A stretch of 64,000 nt of DNA from Leucoraja ocellata. Taxonomy: Eukaryota. The notes beneath the pieces are model-generated. The model was given only the letters and a program-made list of their open reading frames with translations, ran no database searches and had not been told where the DNA came from. Positions 50,167-63,236 of the stretch are shown piece after piece. Within the stretch, counting starts at the first letter, position 1. Every line of letters begins with the position of its first letter. The translations under genes were made by a program, and so were the position numbers. The DNA is taken from NCBI GenBank assembly GCA_036785375.1, contig JAWMAR010000019.1, forward strand, positions 248,001 to 312,000, written 5' to 3'.

Positions 50167-50389
50167 CTGAACTGTCTCAGGTCAGGAATATGCATAATCG
50201 GGTACAAATCAGGTAGACCTTTTTCAACTATTTCTATCACAGAAATACATTGTCTAATGGTATTGCACTTGCAGCCCATATGGCTTGTTTTTCATCAAAC
50301 ATTACATGTGCATCTGCCCTCATAGCTTCACCTTCCTCTCAAGAATAATCTGATGAGTGATGAACTTTCTTCTCATTACCATTGAGTGG

Positions 50390-50990
50390 TAAACTGCCTC
50401 TAGTGCTTCCCTCTCTGATTTACTATCACACACGTGTGATTCTTCATCACCCATATTTGTTCCTTCCCTCGTCTTGCTCCCAACCGCACACACTTTACCA
50501 ACGGGACCCCTTTTTCACCTGGCTTCATCTGCCCTTCATCTCCCCCTTAAACGGTTGCCATTATTATCTTTCTTACTTCCCAGATTCCAGCACTTGTAGC
50601 CTTTGCACCCCTGCTTCTCACCCCTCAGCTTCTGTCTCCACCTTCACCCTCTCTTCCCTGGTCATTGTTTTCCCTTGTGTTGTTCACTTATCGCCCATGT
50701 GCTTCTGCCTCCCAGCTCCACCTCTCTCCCCCTCCATTTGGCTCCTTCTGCCCATCATCCCACATTCCTCCTTGGTCCACCTTTCATCCATCAGTCTCTG
50801 TCTCAACCTTCCTCTTCTCTCCTTGATATCGGCCATCTTCCCTCTCCATTATCAGTCCTGACAGAGGTTCTCAACCGGAATTGTTGACAGCTCCTTTTCC
50901 GCACAGATGCTGTTCAACCCGCTGAGTTCCCCAGTAGATTGTTTTTTGTTTGCACCAGATTCCAGCATCTGCAGTTTCCTGTGTTTCCAA
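50390..50990 (+). mobile_element. Penelope-like element 3' UTR and terminal repeat remnant
   Basis: Long C/T-rich tract ending in cagatgctgttcaacccgctgagttcc...ccagcatctgcagtttcctgtg, like the other PLE ends. Confidence 0.65.
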
Positions 50991-51149
50991 TAAACTTGAA
51001 GATGGACTTGCACATTTACCCCTAGATAGCTTTGAGGTAATCCAAAACTCTACTGCAAACTCAGACCCTTTTATTCATCACACTGTGCTTGCAGACTTAC
51101 GTTGATTCATGGTTATCCCAGGCATCACTTTTCAACTGAGAAGATAATA

Positions 51150-52355
51150 GTAACATATTGCAGATTAATGGAATGGGCAGTCACCAGGCAGAATAAGAGA
51201 AATGTGAGATAAAGAATGAGAAAAAATATAGGATAAGGGATGCTATTTTAAAAGGGAGGGCAGACATAGAAGGACTTGGGAGTACAGGTGCACAACGTTT
51301 GAAACCGGTAGGGCACACATTGAGTGAATGGATAATAAGACGTGCACTTGTGGGTTTTGTCAATGTATAGATTATATAAGCAAGGAAGTAAAGCTGAACC
51401 TTTACATAATGGTGGTACGATCTCAAACAGTATTGCATTCAGCTCTGATTGCCACATTATACAAAGGATGTGAAGGCATTAGAGAAGGTCCAGAAAAGAT
51501 TTACGAGAATGGTTCCTGAGATGAGGCACAGCAGTTAAAAGGATAGATTAGAGGGGTTCAATGGTTCAATGGTTCAAGTGTTCAAAGGTTCTCTATTGTC
51601 ACATCTGCAGAGCACAGTGAAATTCTTTTGCACAAGCCACAAATGCACATATTTTAATGATGTTTACAAAGAAAAGTCCAAGGCCAAATCTGGTCCACAT
51701 GTTGGACATTCTGGAGCGCCTCTGATACAGGTAAACCCTGGTAAGATAAGGCTGCTGCAGGCCCATGACCCGATGTCCCATTCCTCGCCCAACCGCCTCT
51801 GTATCTTGGGAGGGGGTTGGGGAGGAGCGACACCTGCAACTGACCTTAAAGGCACTGGAGGCAATATCCTGGTCCCTCTCTGAGTTTGTCATCACCAGTA
51901 ACTCCCTCATCTTTCTGGTCTTTGGGGCTTTCAAGCTTCCACCTGAAGGCAGGGGCATTTTTCTCGAGAGAGAGAGAGAGAGAGAGAGGATCAGTCAAAA
52001 TGGAGATGTGTTAGATATATGTATAAAATAATGAGGTCTCTGGATGCAATGTGGAGCCTGTTTCCATTGGTGGTGGGCTAAACTAAAGAAGAAGGGATCT
52101 GAGAGTGACATGAGGAGAAACAACTTTTATGCAGCATGTGGTTGGAAATTGGAATGCATTGTTGCAGATGTGGTGGCTATAGGTTCCATTAAGTCTTTCA
52201 TGAGAGAATTGTATAAATACTTGCAGGAAAAAAATTGCAGAGCTATGGAGCTGGTGGGAGGGTGGAAGTGGTGGGCTGATCTGGTGGAAAGCTGGCATGG
52301 ACCTGATGGCCTAAATGGCCTGTTGTTATATTGTAACCATTAAATTATTCTATGA
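51150..52355 (+). mobile_element. Decayed CR1 3' half interrupted (about 51557-52000) by a minus-strand non-LTR 3' end and a (GA)n tract
   Basis: aaggacttgggagtacaggtgcac; IDYISKEVKLNLY; DMRRNNF...WKL...FMRELYKYL; insert begins (ggttcaat)n...ctattgtcacat...cagtgaaattctttt. Confidence 0.6.
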
Positions 52356-52359
52356 TACA

Positions 52360-52666
52360 TTAGAATTTTAGACTTTAGAATTTAGAGATACAGTTTAGAA
52401 ACAGGCTCTTCATCCCACCGAATCCGCGCCAACCAGTGATCTCCCTGTACACGGGTGCTATCCTACACACCACGGAAACGTTATAATTTTACCAAAACCA
52501 ATTAACCTACAAACCTCTATGTCTTTAGAGGAAACCGGAGCTTCCGGCGAAAACTTACACAGGTCACAGGGAGAACATACAATCTCCTTACAGACAGCAC
52601 CTGGATCGAACCAAGGTCTCTGGCACTGTGAGACAACAACTCTACCGCTGCGCCACTGTGCCGCCC
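52360..52666 (-). mobile_element. HE1-type V-SINE
   Basis: Plus strand ends ctctaccgctgcgccactgtgccgccc (SINE head reversed); tail tttagagatacag. Confidence 0.85.
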
Positions 52667-52689
52667 TATGCTGCGAACATAATTTCAGA

Positions 52690-52874
52690 TCAGCTATATT
52701 TAAGAGGGAGTTAGATGTGGCCCTTGTGGCTAAAGGGATCGGGGGTATGGAGAGAAGGCAGGTACAGGATACTGAGTTGGATGACCAGCCATGATCATAT
52801 TGAATGGCGGTGCAGGCTCGAAGGGCCAAATGGCCTACTCCTGCACCTATTTTCTATGTTTCTATGTTTCTATG
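52690..52874 (+). mobile_element. CR1 3' end
   Basis: AIFKRELDVALVAKGIGG..; tail (tttctatg)n. Confidence 0.85.
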
Positions 52875-53129
52875 ATCTCTCCACCTTCCTATCCCTCCAC
52901 ATCCAAGTGGTAATCTACAACCCTAAAGTATCAAGATATCTGTAACAGTCCAATTAGGACTTCATGGCCAGCCCTAAATATAAATGTTTCACCATTTGTG
53001 ACAGTGCTTTCAGCTGCCATCGCCTAAGCTCTGGAAACTCTATCTGAAACCTCTCTAGTTCTTCACCTCTTTCTTCATTTAAAACCATAGCTTAAAGCCT
53101 GAAAAAAATGTTAAAAAAACATAACAGGA

Positions 53130-53275
53130 TGTTGTAAATCTGAGATAAAACAGAACATACTAGAAACACTCAACAGATCAGGCAGCATTTGATGAAGGGT
53201 CCTGGAACAGAAACTGACAATTTATTTCACAGATACTGTCCGATGCTGAGTGTTTCCATTGTATTCTGTTTTTAA
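53130..53275. mobile_element. Older PLE-derived insertion
   Basis: aacactcaacagatcaggcagcatttgatgaagggtcctgg...gaaac...cagatactgtccgatgctgag. Confidence 0.55.
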
Positions 53276-53349
53276 TGATTCAATGATAAATCCAAGTTGT
53301 CGGTTGTAAAAAACATGCAGAATGCAATGATGAAATCAAATGAAGTCGT

Positions 53350-54060
53350 CAAATTTATTATTAATATGCATAAGTACAATGAGGTACAATTAAAATCCTG
53401 CTTCAGGCAGCATCACAAGCACATAGATACAGGCATAAAAACATAAATTATACATAAAATAAACATAACATTTCTTAAATGGAGAATACTGTTCAAGGAA
53501 AGAAGAATGAGAAAGATACAAGACATTGGTGTGAAACACATGTAGAAAATAATACACTGGTAGGAAATAAAACTGTCAATGGTAGTGCAAGAGGTGGTCA
53601 ATAGTGTTGAGGTAGGGTTAGGCTTGTGCGGGTTGGATCAGGAAAGTAGCTGTTCCTGTATCCATTGGTGTATGACTTCATGCATCTGTACCTCCTGCCA
53701 ATAATAGCAGTGAAAACAGGGCATGGCCCAGATGGTGGGGTACCTTGATGATAGATGCTGCTCTTCATGAAGCAGTACCTCTTATTTATGCTTTTAATAT
53801 ATGGAAAAGCTGAGTCTACCACTCGCTGCAGAATCTTGCATTCCTGGGGATTGCAATTGCCATACCAGGCCATGATGTAACTAGTGAGAATACTTTATAC
53901 AGCACATCTGTACAAGTTTGTTAGAGCATTTACTGGCATGCTAAATCTCTTTAACCCTCTAAGGAAATAGAGGAACTGATATGCTTTCTTCATATTTACA
54001 CCATTCAACCAAGTGTTTTATCTCTGTCCCATACATTGACTCATCTTCCTCAATCAATGT
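53350..54060 (-). mobile_element. Rex1/Babar-like non-LTR retrotransposon fragment
   Basis: ORF 53598-53873 AWYGNCNPQECKILQRVVDSA...GRRYR...NSYFP; DESMYGTEIKHLVEWC upstream. Confidence 0.75.
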
Positions 54061-54861
54061 ATTCAAAAACACTGTGACCTTAAAGCCTACATTGAGACAG
54101 GATAGAGAGTTGGCAGTTTTGCTATAAAAACATAATTTGGGTTGGTTTATATCAGCCTCCAACTAGTGTAAGAGCCACAAAGCAATACACTACTTTCAAA
54201 GCAGCCACAGAGCTTAATACGATCAACCAATGAAAACATTTGTTTTATTTGGGTGTTGTTATCGCAACTGCAGTACAACCCAATGTTATTCAAAAGAGGA
54301 TGTTTAAATTGGATGAGGAGATAAGAAATGTATGTTCCATCTCTTTCTCTAGAATACACAACCATTATCCAACCAACTAACCCTAAAGAAATATTTGGGA
54401 TGGCTAATCCAGTCTAACTAAGGATAACAATGTTCAAATGTTGGCTTGATCTTCATGTACGAATAATAGCACAGGGAATATAATCTCTTCGATCCAATTC
54501 CAAAACACGAGTAGTATTTTCACTCAGGTAGACGTGAAAGATCAAGCAATCACATAGAAAAAGAAGAAAAATCTATGAAACCTATCAATTTGCACTTCTA
54601 GAGATAATAGAACCACTTACAGCATTGACTATACTATTGAGCAACCAGGAAATTACTTCGGAAAGGCAAAAAATAAGCTGTGGAAATCCTTTATCTTCCT
54701 ACAGCAACAGAACTAGATTCCAGTAGTCCATAATTCTTCCGGATTCAACTGATAACCAACTTTTTCTCTGTAACTAAGAACATTCAAATGGTCTGTCGTG
54801 AATTCATATCAAAAAAGAAATTAGTCAGTCTAACAATATTTCCCATCAAAGTCAATAACAA

Positions 54862-55249
54862 TAAAATTATAAAAGGACTGGACAAGCTAGATGCAGGAAA
54901 AATGTTCCCAATATTGGGTGAGTCCAGAACCAGGGGCCACAGTCTTAGAATAAAGGGGTGGTCATTCAAGACTGAGGTGAGAAAAAACGTTTTCACCAAG
55001 AGAGTTGTGAATTTATGGAATTCCCTGCCACAGAGGGCAGTGGAGGCCAAATCACTGGATGAGTTTAAGACAGAGTTAGATAGAGCTCTAGGGGCTAGTG
55101 GAGTCAAGGGACATGGGGAGAAGGCAGGCACTGGTTATTGATAGGGGACGATCAGCCATGATCACAATGAATGGCGGTGCTGGCTCGAAGGGTCGAATTG
55201 CCTCCTCCTGCACATATTTTCTATGTTTCTATGTTTCCATGTTTCTATG
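54862..55249 (+). mobile_element. Well-preserved CR1 3' end
   Basis: Uninterrupted KIIKGLDKLDAGKMFPILGESRTRGHSLRIKG..RVVNLWNSLPQRAVEAKSLDEFKTELDRAL; tail (tttctatg)n. Confidence 0.9.
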
Positions 55250-55800
55250 CCAGCCTGTTGAACATTTCCGGCATCTGCAGTGTTTTGTTTTTCTAATTGT
55301 GAGATTATGAGATGATTATTAAGGCACAAGCTTTATATGTGTTCTGATCTGAATCACCAAGTCTGGTCCAATAAAGTAAAATGGTTAAACAGGGGACATT
55401 TTTCTGAACTTTTTTTTCTGCCAGTTCAATAAGTAATCATATCGTTTATTGATAGGAATACTTATCAGAAAAGTGTCAGAAGAGTGATGTCTTCTTGGAT
55501 AATCTGTTCGATTCTGATGAGGGAATGTGTACCATCTAAAATAGAAAGCACCCAACTGTAACTAAAAACCTGGATCAATTGGGAGCAGTGATTTATTTTA
55601 GGATATGAAAATACAGGGAATCTTCAGTGTACACAACCGTTTCTTATTTATTCACATTGCAAAGATGGACGCACAATGTTTACCTTTGGATTTGTTTTAA
55701 AGATTAGAAGGCAGTTTGGAAGATAAATCTTTGTGCAGTTTTAACCATTTTGATATTGTAATAACGTTTTGCAAAAAAACATTGGGGCATTTTTACTTAA

Positions 55801-56023
55801 GATAGACACAAAATGCTGGTGTAACCCAACGGGACAGGCAGCATCTCTGGAGAAGGAAAGGGGCTGCCGTTTCGGGTCGAGACCCTTCTTCAGACTGAGG
55901 AAAGGTCTCGACCCGAAACGTCACCAATTCCTTTTCTCCAGAGATGCTGCCAGTCCCGCTGAGTTACTCCAGCATGTTGTGCCTATCTTCGGTTTAAACC
56001 AGCATCTGCAGTTCCTTCCTGGA
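55801..56023. mobile_element. PLE-derived palindromic insertion with a hammerhead motif on each strand and 13-bp TSD
   Basis: Arms of about 90 bp centred on 55894 (ttcttcagactgaggaa); + core CTGAGGA..GAAACGTC 55895-55922; TSD catttttacttaa (55788-55800) / catttttatttaa (56024-56036). Confidence 0.9.
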
Positions 56024-56515
56024 CATTTTTATTTAACAGCCAAGTATGCAGCACATTTTAGGTTGCATTTGGGATTCCAGCATCAAAAAGATTGCTTTGA
56101 TACTCTAGGTTCATTATCGTTCATAGTTCATTATTGTTCAGTTAAAATCACCAGATAAACAAACATAAATAATTAGATTTGATTAGTGAGCGATCCAGTA
56201 CATTTTGGTTTCAAAACTTTCTTTTACCTGAAAATCCACATTTGAATTCGATGGTTGACGAAGTTGTAGATTCAGTTTTTGACATCAACATAAACTCACG
56301 TTGAGGAGAAAACGCAGTGCTACTTCCACTATTCTCACTCCACCACTGATGCGATGTAACTGCCCACAAAGAGGCCACCTTTTCAATGTTCAAAGCTGAG
56401 TACACATCGCTGAGTTCAAGATTAGTTGAAATTCTTGTAAATTAATGGTAAGTTTATTTTCTTCTAATACTTAGCAGATTGAGATATGATGGTGTATCAG
56501 CAAACTTCAAGTTTT

Positions 56516-56747
56516 GGGCGGCCACGGTGGTGCAGCAGTAGAGTTGCTGTCTTAGAGCGACAGCGTTGGAGACCCCGGTTCGATCCTAACTCCGGCTGCT
56601 TGTCTGTACGGAGTTTGTAAGTTCTCGCCGTGACCGCGTGGGGTTTCTCCGAGATCTCCGGTTTCCTCCCATACAGTGTGTGTAAGTTAATTAGCTTTGT
56701 TATAATTGGCCGAAGGGCCTGTTTCCGCGCTGTATCTCTCAACTAAA
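56516..56747 (+). mobile_element. HE1-type V-SINE, internally deleted
   Basis: gggcggccacggtggtgcagc...ggttcgatcc...ccggtttcctccc...gggcctgtttccgcgctgtatctc. Confidence 0.85.
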
Positions 56748-57939
56748 TTTTATGCGAGGGTTAGAGAATTGGCTGGGGTAAGAATTGGCTGGCTTCCTAC
56801 CTCCTTGCACTATCCCAACATCATTACCAATGTTAAACAAGTAGGACGCTTCAAAACCGGGGAATGTTCAATTTGCTTCCAAATTTTGCTTTCATTAAAA
56901 TAATATAATCAATAAGTTTGGCTCGGAAAATGTTCTTCCGCATACAAATTATTCCGTTTAGAAATATTCCCAGCATTATAATTATTAAGCAAGTTTTTTT
57001 TTCTTACGTTACTTCGAGGATGGATTCATTATTATTTCAAATACCATTACTCGAATTTGTTATGTGTATTCAATGACAGGAATTCTATTTAAAATTGACA
57101 TAACTCCACTTATTTGGGTGCCTGGTTAATTTGAAGATCAACTTTATTAATCGCAACCCTGTTTAAATTTTAGCCTCAATGGCCCATTACAAATCACAAT
57201 TTGTCCCGCCGTTCCAAATTCGATAACTAATTTCATTCTTTCCCAGAGATGCATTTCCGCTAATGTTATTTTTAAAGAACAGTCTATTATACTATCCTGA
57301 AGTCTCAAAACATAGCCTGTCCAATCTCTCCACATATGCTGTTTGACCCGCCGAGTTCCTCCAACCCTTTGGTGCTTTGCTCAAGATTCCAGCATCTGAA
57401 GTCTCTCGTACCTCCGTCAACCCTGGGAAAAAAAGGAGCCCTTTAAATTAGAAATTCAATTGTAAATCTGTCGACACGAGCAGTTTTAATTACAAAAGCT
57501 AATGTCTCAGCCATTCGTTTTGCTGGAAGGCTAATTTTGAAAATAACATTCGATATAAAAACGCACCTTGAGAAATAATACAATATTGTGATGCTCTTGT
57601 AAAGGACAGTCACTATCCATTGGCCGCATACCTTGGGAATGCATGCAATGCATGTTCTTATGTGGATCAGGAGGATGGCATTTGCGTTGAATAAAACGAG
57701 ACCTGTGGCCCCAAACTGGCAAATATCACAACCTGTTGCTGCCCAGAGTTGCTGCCTGACCCGTTGAGTTACTCCAGTATATTTTGTCTATTTTACGAAA
57801 AAAACAGAAACTGGGCCAAATCCACTTCAGATTTCCCCCCAAATAAAGATAATTAATGATTTATATGATACGATACGTTAAGCTACTGAAAGTAAGAATT
57901 TAATTGTTCCGTAGTCGATACATAAGACAACTAAAAACT

Positions 57940-58036
57940 GAGTTTGAAGAAGGGTTTCGGCCCGAAACGTTGCCTATTTCCTTCGCTCCATAGATGCTGC
58001 TGCACCCGCTGAGTTTCTCCAGCTTTTTTGTGTAAC
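57940..58036 (+). mobile_element. 97-bp PLE-derived unit with perfect 12-bp TSD
   Basis: TSD caactaaaaact at 57928-57939 and 58037-58048; insert starts gagtTTGAAGAagggtttcggcccGAAACGTT. Confidence 0.9.
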
Positions 58037-58837
58037 CAACTAAAAACTCTTGACGCCTCTTGTCGATGGGTCTTATTTGTCTTATTTTCTCCTGTAAGCA
58101 GAGTGTGGAGATCGCTTCCTTTGCTGCAAGTTGCAGGAAGCTTACGATAGTTATATATCTCTGTTCATTGTAACATGTTGATCGTACTTATGTTATAAAC
58201 GCGGGCCTGCCCCCCGTGAACCAATGATAGTAGAATAGCATCATCAACCCCACCTTACTGTATGCTTTATATTAACACCCACTTCCTACATTAGGTAGTC
58301 TTGGAAGCGGTGATGATGAATTAACAGCTAGCAACCTGCTGTACCGCTATACTATGTGTTTCAATTAAAGATTACTTTAATTGCCTGTACAGTTTTATCC
58401 ACGGATACTGCCTGATTCACTTAGTTCTTCCAGCATTCTCCCCCCCCCCCCCCCCAATCGGGACAGAGGCGCAGTTTTGTTATTCTTTCCGTGCAGCGTG
58501 AGGCAGTTTTGCAGGACTCCCATTGACGGTGTTCAACATACATTCACTGCAGGATGTCGAGGTAATGCGATATGCGATAATGATCTGACCAATAAAACGA
58601 GCCACATTTCTCAACTGAAAGCCCACCGACTTCCACCTATCGTGCTTTTAAAATGATTGATGTTGCTCATCAGGTTCCAGAAGTGCATTATAAGTGTTGG
58701 ATGATCTTGCTTTACCGGGATAAAATTGAAGTAGATTAATAATCCGCCTGTCTGATCCCCAACTATGGGATTGCATTAAATCTAACATCTAAATTTGGGT
58801 GGGATTTACTTTGCCGAGGGTGTAACTAATTCCCGAA

Positions 58838-59400
58838 AGTAGAAACACAGCAAGTCAGGCGGCATCGATGAAGGAGAAACGCAACTCTAAACAAAGGTTT
58901 GCAACTCGAAACGTTCAGTCTGTTTCTCCTTCCATAAACGGTGTTGACCTGTTGTGTGTTTTATGTATTTTCTGCTTTTATTTCAAATTTCCAGCATTAG
59001 ATTATATTTTCAGGTAAAACGGGGAAACTGATTAAAACACAAACTGCTGAAGTAACTCAGCGGGCCAGGCAACATCTGCGGATGGAATGGAGAGGCACCA
59101 AATGCTGGAGTAACTGGACAAATATTCTCTACCCGAAACGTCACCTATACCTTCTTTCCAGAGATGCTGCCTGTCCCGCTTAGTTACTCAATAATTTTGT
59201 GTCTATCTTCGGTGGTGCAAAGCAGCACCTGCTGTTCTTTTCTACAGGAATGGATAGGTACCGCTGCGGGTCTGGCCATTCTTCAGATTCAAGAAAGATC
59301 CCGACCCGACGTCTATTCATTCCTTCGCCCCGACGCTGTCGGATTTACTGAGTTACTCCAACACTTTGTGGTTTCAGTACCAGCAGTTCCTCATGTCTCC
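58838..59400. mobile_element. Cluster of PLE-derived insertions
   Basis: Several gaaacgt motifs with gatgctgcctgtcccgct / gagttactcc arms; fold-back junction ttcttcagattcaagaa near 59287. Confidence 0.7.
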
Positions 59401-59824
59401 AAACTGGGGTTAACAATGCAATTATGCACTGAAGTGACATTCAGCTGGATTGTAACCAAATGGCGCCACCCACTCTTCTCTTGGCGCTCCTGTGCTTGTT
59501 CAATACCTAACTCACGGTTTCCATTCAGTATCTTTGAGACGCAGGCAATATTTTGTACTGCCGCTTAAATTCTGGAATTGCCCAGTAACTTATTAAACAT
59601 CGCTCGAGATGCTTTTCGTTGGATAAACCATCCACACAAGCCATTAGCAACGAATACTAGATGCCTTTCAATGCGTCGAGAAGCTTTCTTTGTGGATCGC
59701 CCTAGACACAAAATATCGGAGGCATTTCTGCTGTGCAGAACTTCGGATTAGTTTAAGGTAGGTGCAACACGTTAGACGTCATGGTGAGTCACCAATGAGT
59801 TTTGCGATTGAAATGATAAGCCCA

Positions 59825-59895
59825 ATTGAAGAAGGGTCCGATCCGAAACGTCAACCATCATTTTTCTCCAGAGATGCTGCCTGACCCGCTGAGTT
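59825..59895 (+). mobile_element. PLE terminal-repeat fragment starting at the hammerhead core
   Basis: ttgaagaagggtccgatccgaaacgtc...ccagagatgctgcctgacccgctgagtt. Confidence 0.7.
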
Positions 59896-61117
59896 GTGTC
59901 TAAACATGTTAGTTTAGCAAACGGATATGAAAAATACTGGCAGCAGATGAGACGATTCTCCATCTGCACATTAAATCTTCTACCCGTGTTAATCCTTTCT
60001 TGAAACAACTTGGAGCCGAAATTCTAGTCTTTGTTCGTCATAATAATAAAAAAAACTAGTACACAGTAACTGGCTTCTATAACTTTTTATTTGAGGAAAA
60101 TCTTCAAAGACAGCTGTTCTGGTAAACGTTGCACCTAATCGCATCGCCAAAAAATATTGGGCTGAAAGCATTCTGCAGCACTTTTATTTTAAGTGCAATA
60201 CAGCCGCCAGGCTATCCATGCTGCGGTTTAAGCTGCAAATTTCACATATTTCCCCAACAAACGCACTGTACATGCATTCATTCATACAGTAATAGTGGCA
60301 GTGAATGTGTCCGTTTTCTCAGTAATATCTGATGGGCATTATTAGCTGACGTGACGATCAGGAAAAAAAAAAACCAAAGACTAGAAAAGCCAATACATCG
60401 TATTGAGGTTGCAGATTTTCTCAGGAATATGTCGGGAGGCAGAAAGTAACCAACGACTACAATATGAAGCATTGATGTCTTTATTTCTCCTGAGCTTATC
60501 AAGTTGGTTTTTGGACAAGCATCAGAAGTATACTGAGATTGGAGTTTGAACAGGAAGATAAACGAAAAAGGAGCCCTTGTCAATTTTAAACCTGTAACAA
60601 AAGACCTAAACATAACCCCCGTTACGCTTCAATAGTTGACAAAAAGCATATGGCTGCATCCAAGTCATTGGGTATTCAAGAGGAAAAGGCAGCAGGGAAA
60701 GCCAAGGCTTAGCTTGTGACGGGCAACTTGGATAGATGTAAGCCCAGCACATGTCATTTGTATTGGTCCTTCCAACACAACGATAGAAACATGTACAATG
60801 TATAAAGGAATGTTGAGACACTCACACCACACATTAAAACAAATGCAGCGTGGTTAAAAAATGCTAAGATCCACAGTAAATTTAGAAAAGTGGCTGTACA
60901 CATTAGATGAGATACTTTTATTGTCACGCGACATGTCACAATGAGATGCTTAGTTTTGCATACCTAGGCAAACAAAGAGTCGCCACATAAAGGGCGCCAA
61001 GTGACCAGAGGCCAAAAGGAATCTATTGCTCTCCCAAAAAAGTATCAACATCTACTTTTTAGTTATGTGGATAGTCCATGTTGGCAGAGTTATGATGCAA
61101 CTTTATGTCATTACCAT

Positions 61118-61397
61118 TGGATACATACAAGACGCTGGAGTAACTCAGTGGGTCAGGCAGCATCTCTGGCAAACTGCAGATGCTGGTTTATACTGAAGAT
61201 ATACACAAAATATGTGTATCCTGCTGAGATGATTCAGCTTATTGTGTCTATCATCGGTATAAACTAGCATTGGCAGTTCCTTCTTACACATTTTGTCTGC
61301 TCCACTGCTCTCCAGAGATGCTGCCTGGCCTGCCGAGTTACTCCAGTATTTTGTGTCTATCTTTGGTATAAACCAGCATCTGCAGTTCCTTCCTATA
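61118..61397. mobile_element. Rearranged PLE-derived insertion(s)
   Basis: gctggagtaactcagtgggtcaggcagcatctctgg plus two copies of ttgtgtctatc..ggtataaac..gca..gcagttccttc. Confidence 0.7.
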
Positions 61398-61684
61398 CCA
61401 TTGAACCTACATGAAAATATAATTGTGGCTTGGAAGCCTCGTGTTTGGAATTTATTTCAGTTGTGTCAGATATCTACAGCCAACATCGACCATTCAAAAG
61501 TAAATCTTCTCAATGTATCTTTTCACTTTCTTCTTTTCTAAATTTACCATAAACATCGCTAAACATAATTAAGTGCATGGTTATTGTAATTAATGTTATG
61601 AAGTACAACGTTTTACAATCAAGAACACAATTAATCATTCTAACTATGAAGTAATTGGTGGGGTAATGTGAAACTGCCACGAGA

Positions 61685-62892
61685 CATCAATCTCAGAGCC
61701 AGGGAGTTGTGGATTCAAGTCCAACTCTCAACACTCGAGTGTAGACATTCTGGCTGAACATCACTGATGTAACTGTGAGAGAATGTTGTCAGAATGCATT
61801 TTTTTTACATGAGACACTAAAATCAAGGCACTCAAAATGGCTGCAAAATATTTAATTGCATATTTTTGAAAAGCATGATAGATTGTGGGAAATTATCTCT
61901 GCTGTTTAGAATAGAATAGAATAGTTTCTTTATTGTCATTGTAACATGGGCCATGTTTGGAGAATCGAGTTCTGAGGAGTCATGGTCTAAATATTAGAGT
62001 GACATGTTGCAGGATTGGTTAACCAATTTCCAAATGGCCAGGGTGATGGAAAGATTTACCTGGATCAGGAGCGCTCCAATAATTTCAGCAGGTGAACTTT
62101 AGACTTTTTCTTTGTAAATGGCGCGAAAATATGGCGACTGTGCATACGTGTCAATAAGGAACCATTGACCCATTATTTTCATCAAATGTTAATTGATACC
62201 AGGTGTATTGTTAATCTTAAAACATGATTTTTTGTTAACCAAGAACAATAATAGATATGTGGATTTTTTTTTAAAAATCATATCAGTTTACTAAACAACC
62301 AAACTCATTTGAGAGCTAAATACTCAACTCTTGTTCCACGTTTTCCTTACTGCCTTAGCCAACATCACAAAATAAAATGATCCATCTCCAGTGGACCACA
62401 AAAATCAAGATTGATAGTAATACATGAGTGCTGCACAGCAGAGGTGTTGTCGTTCAGATGAGACATTTAACTGAGGACTCATTAGCTCAAGGATAGAAAA
62501 GAGTAGAATGTCACTGTTTTGAAGACGACCAACCATTTCTGGTATTCTGATCAATATTTATCTCACAATTAATAATTCCAAAATAGGTTATCAAGCTGAA
62601 ACCAAATTGGTGTTTCTGGGAGAAAATAGCTTCTGTGGTTCCTCACATTTCAAAAGTACTTAATTAGTGGTGGAATGCTTTGGATTGCTCTGAAAATTAT
62701 GCATAAAGCACTAAATCAACATTTAAAAAATATGATATATTTCACATTGCTGTTAGTGGCAGCTTGATATACACAAATTGGCTGCTGTGCTTCCTATATT
62801 TTACAGTGACTATATTGTACTAAGTGACCATGAAGTGGTTTGGTATGTCCTGAGACCATACAAGGCACTGCAGAAAACCTTGTCTTTCTTTT
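61685..62892 (+). mobile_element. Cluster of ancient Deu-type (SacSINE1/AmnSINE1-like) SINE relics
   Basis: gttgtggattcaagtcc head (~61710); gagtgctgcac..cagatgagacatttaactgagg (~62430); tcacattgctgttagtggcagcttg..caaattggctgctgtgcttccta..acagtgactat (62742-62815). Matches the recalled Deu-domain consensus. Confidence 0.6.
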
Positions 62893-63236
62893 TCCAATGG
62901 GTATTGAAGTATTTTATTAAATACTTACTTCTTAAACAATCATAAACTTCCTTGTACATCAATAAGTATGTTACAAGTTTAAAAAAAAATAAAGCGCATC
63001 AAAACGTGGTATTTTTATTAAAATGCTGCATTTGTCACCATGTCAAAAATCAATGGACTACTCTGCAAAATTCATCACCAATAAAATGCAATCAAATATG
63101 TTTCAATAAAAAGTTGTATTTTAAGTTCAAAACGGTTAAAAATTGAATTATTGTGGGATTTATCAAACTTTTAACGGAAAGTATATATTTTCTCATTTGT
63201 CTTCATTTCTGTATCGTTTCTTCAACCAACAGCACA

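Noticed and set aside
62900-63150. Possible 3' end of a convergent neighbour gene (FBXL4 in mammals); minus-strand AATAAA near 62913
   Set aside because: No coding exon visible, and AATAAA is too common in AT-rich DNA.
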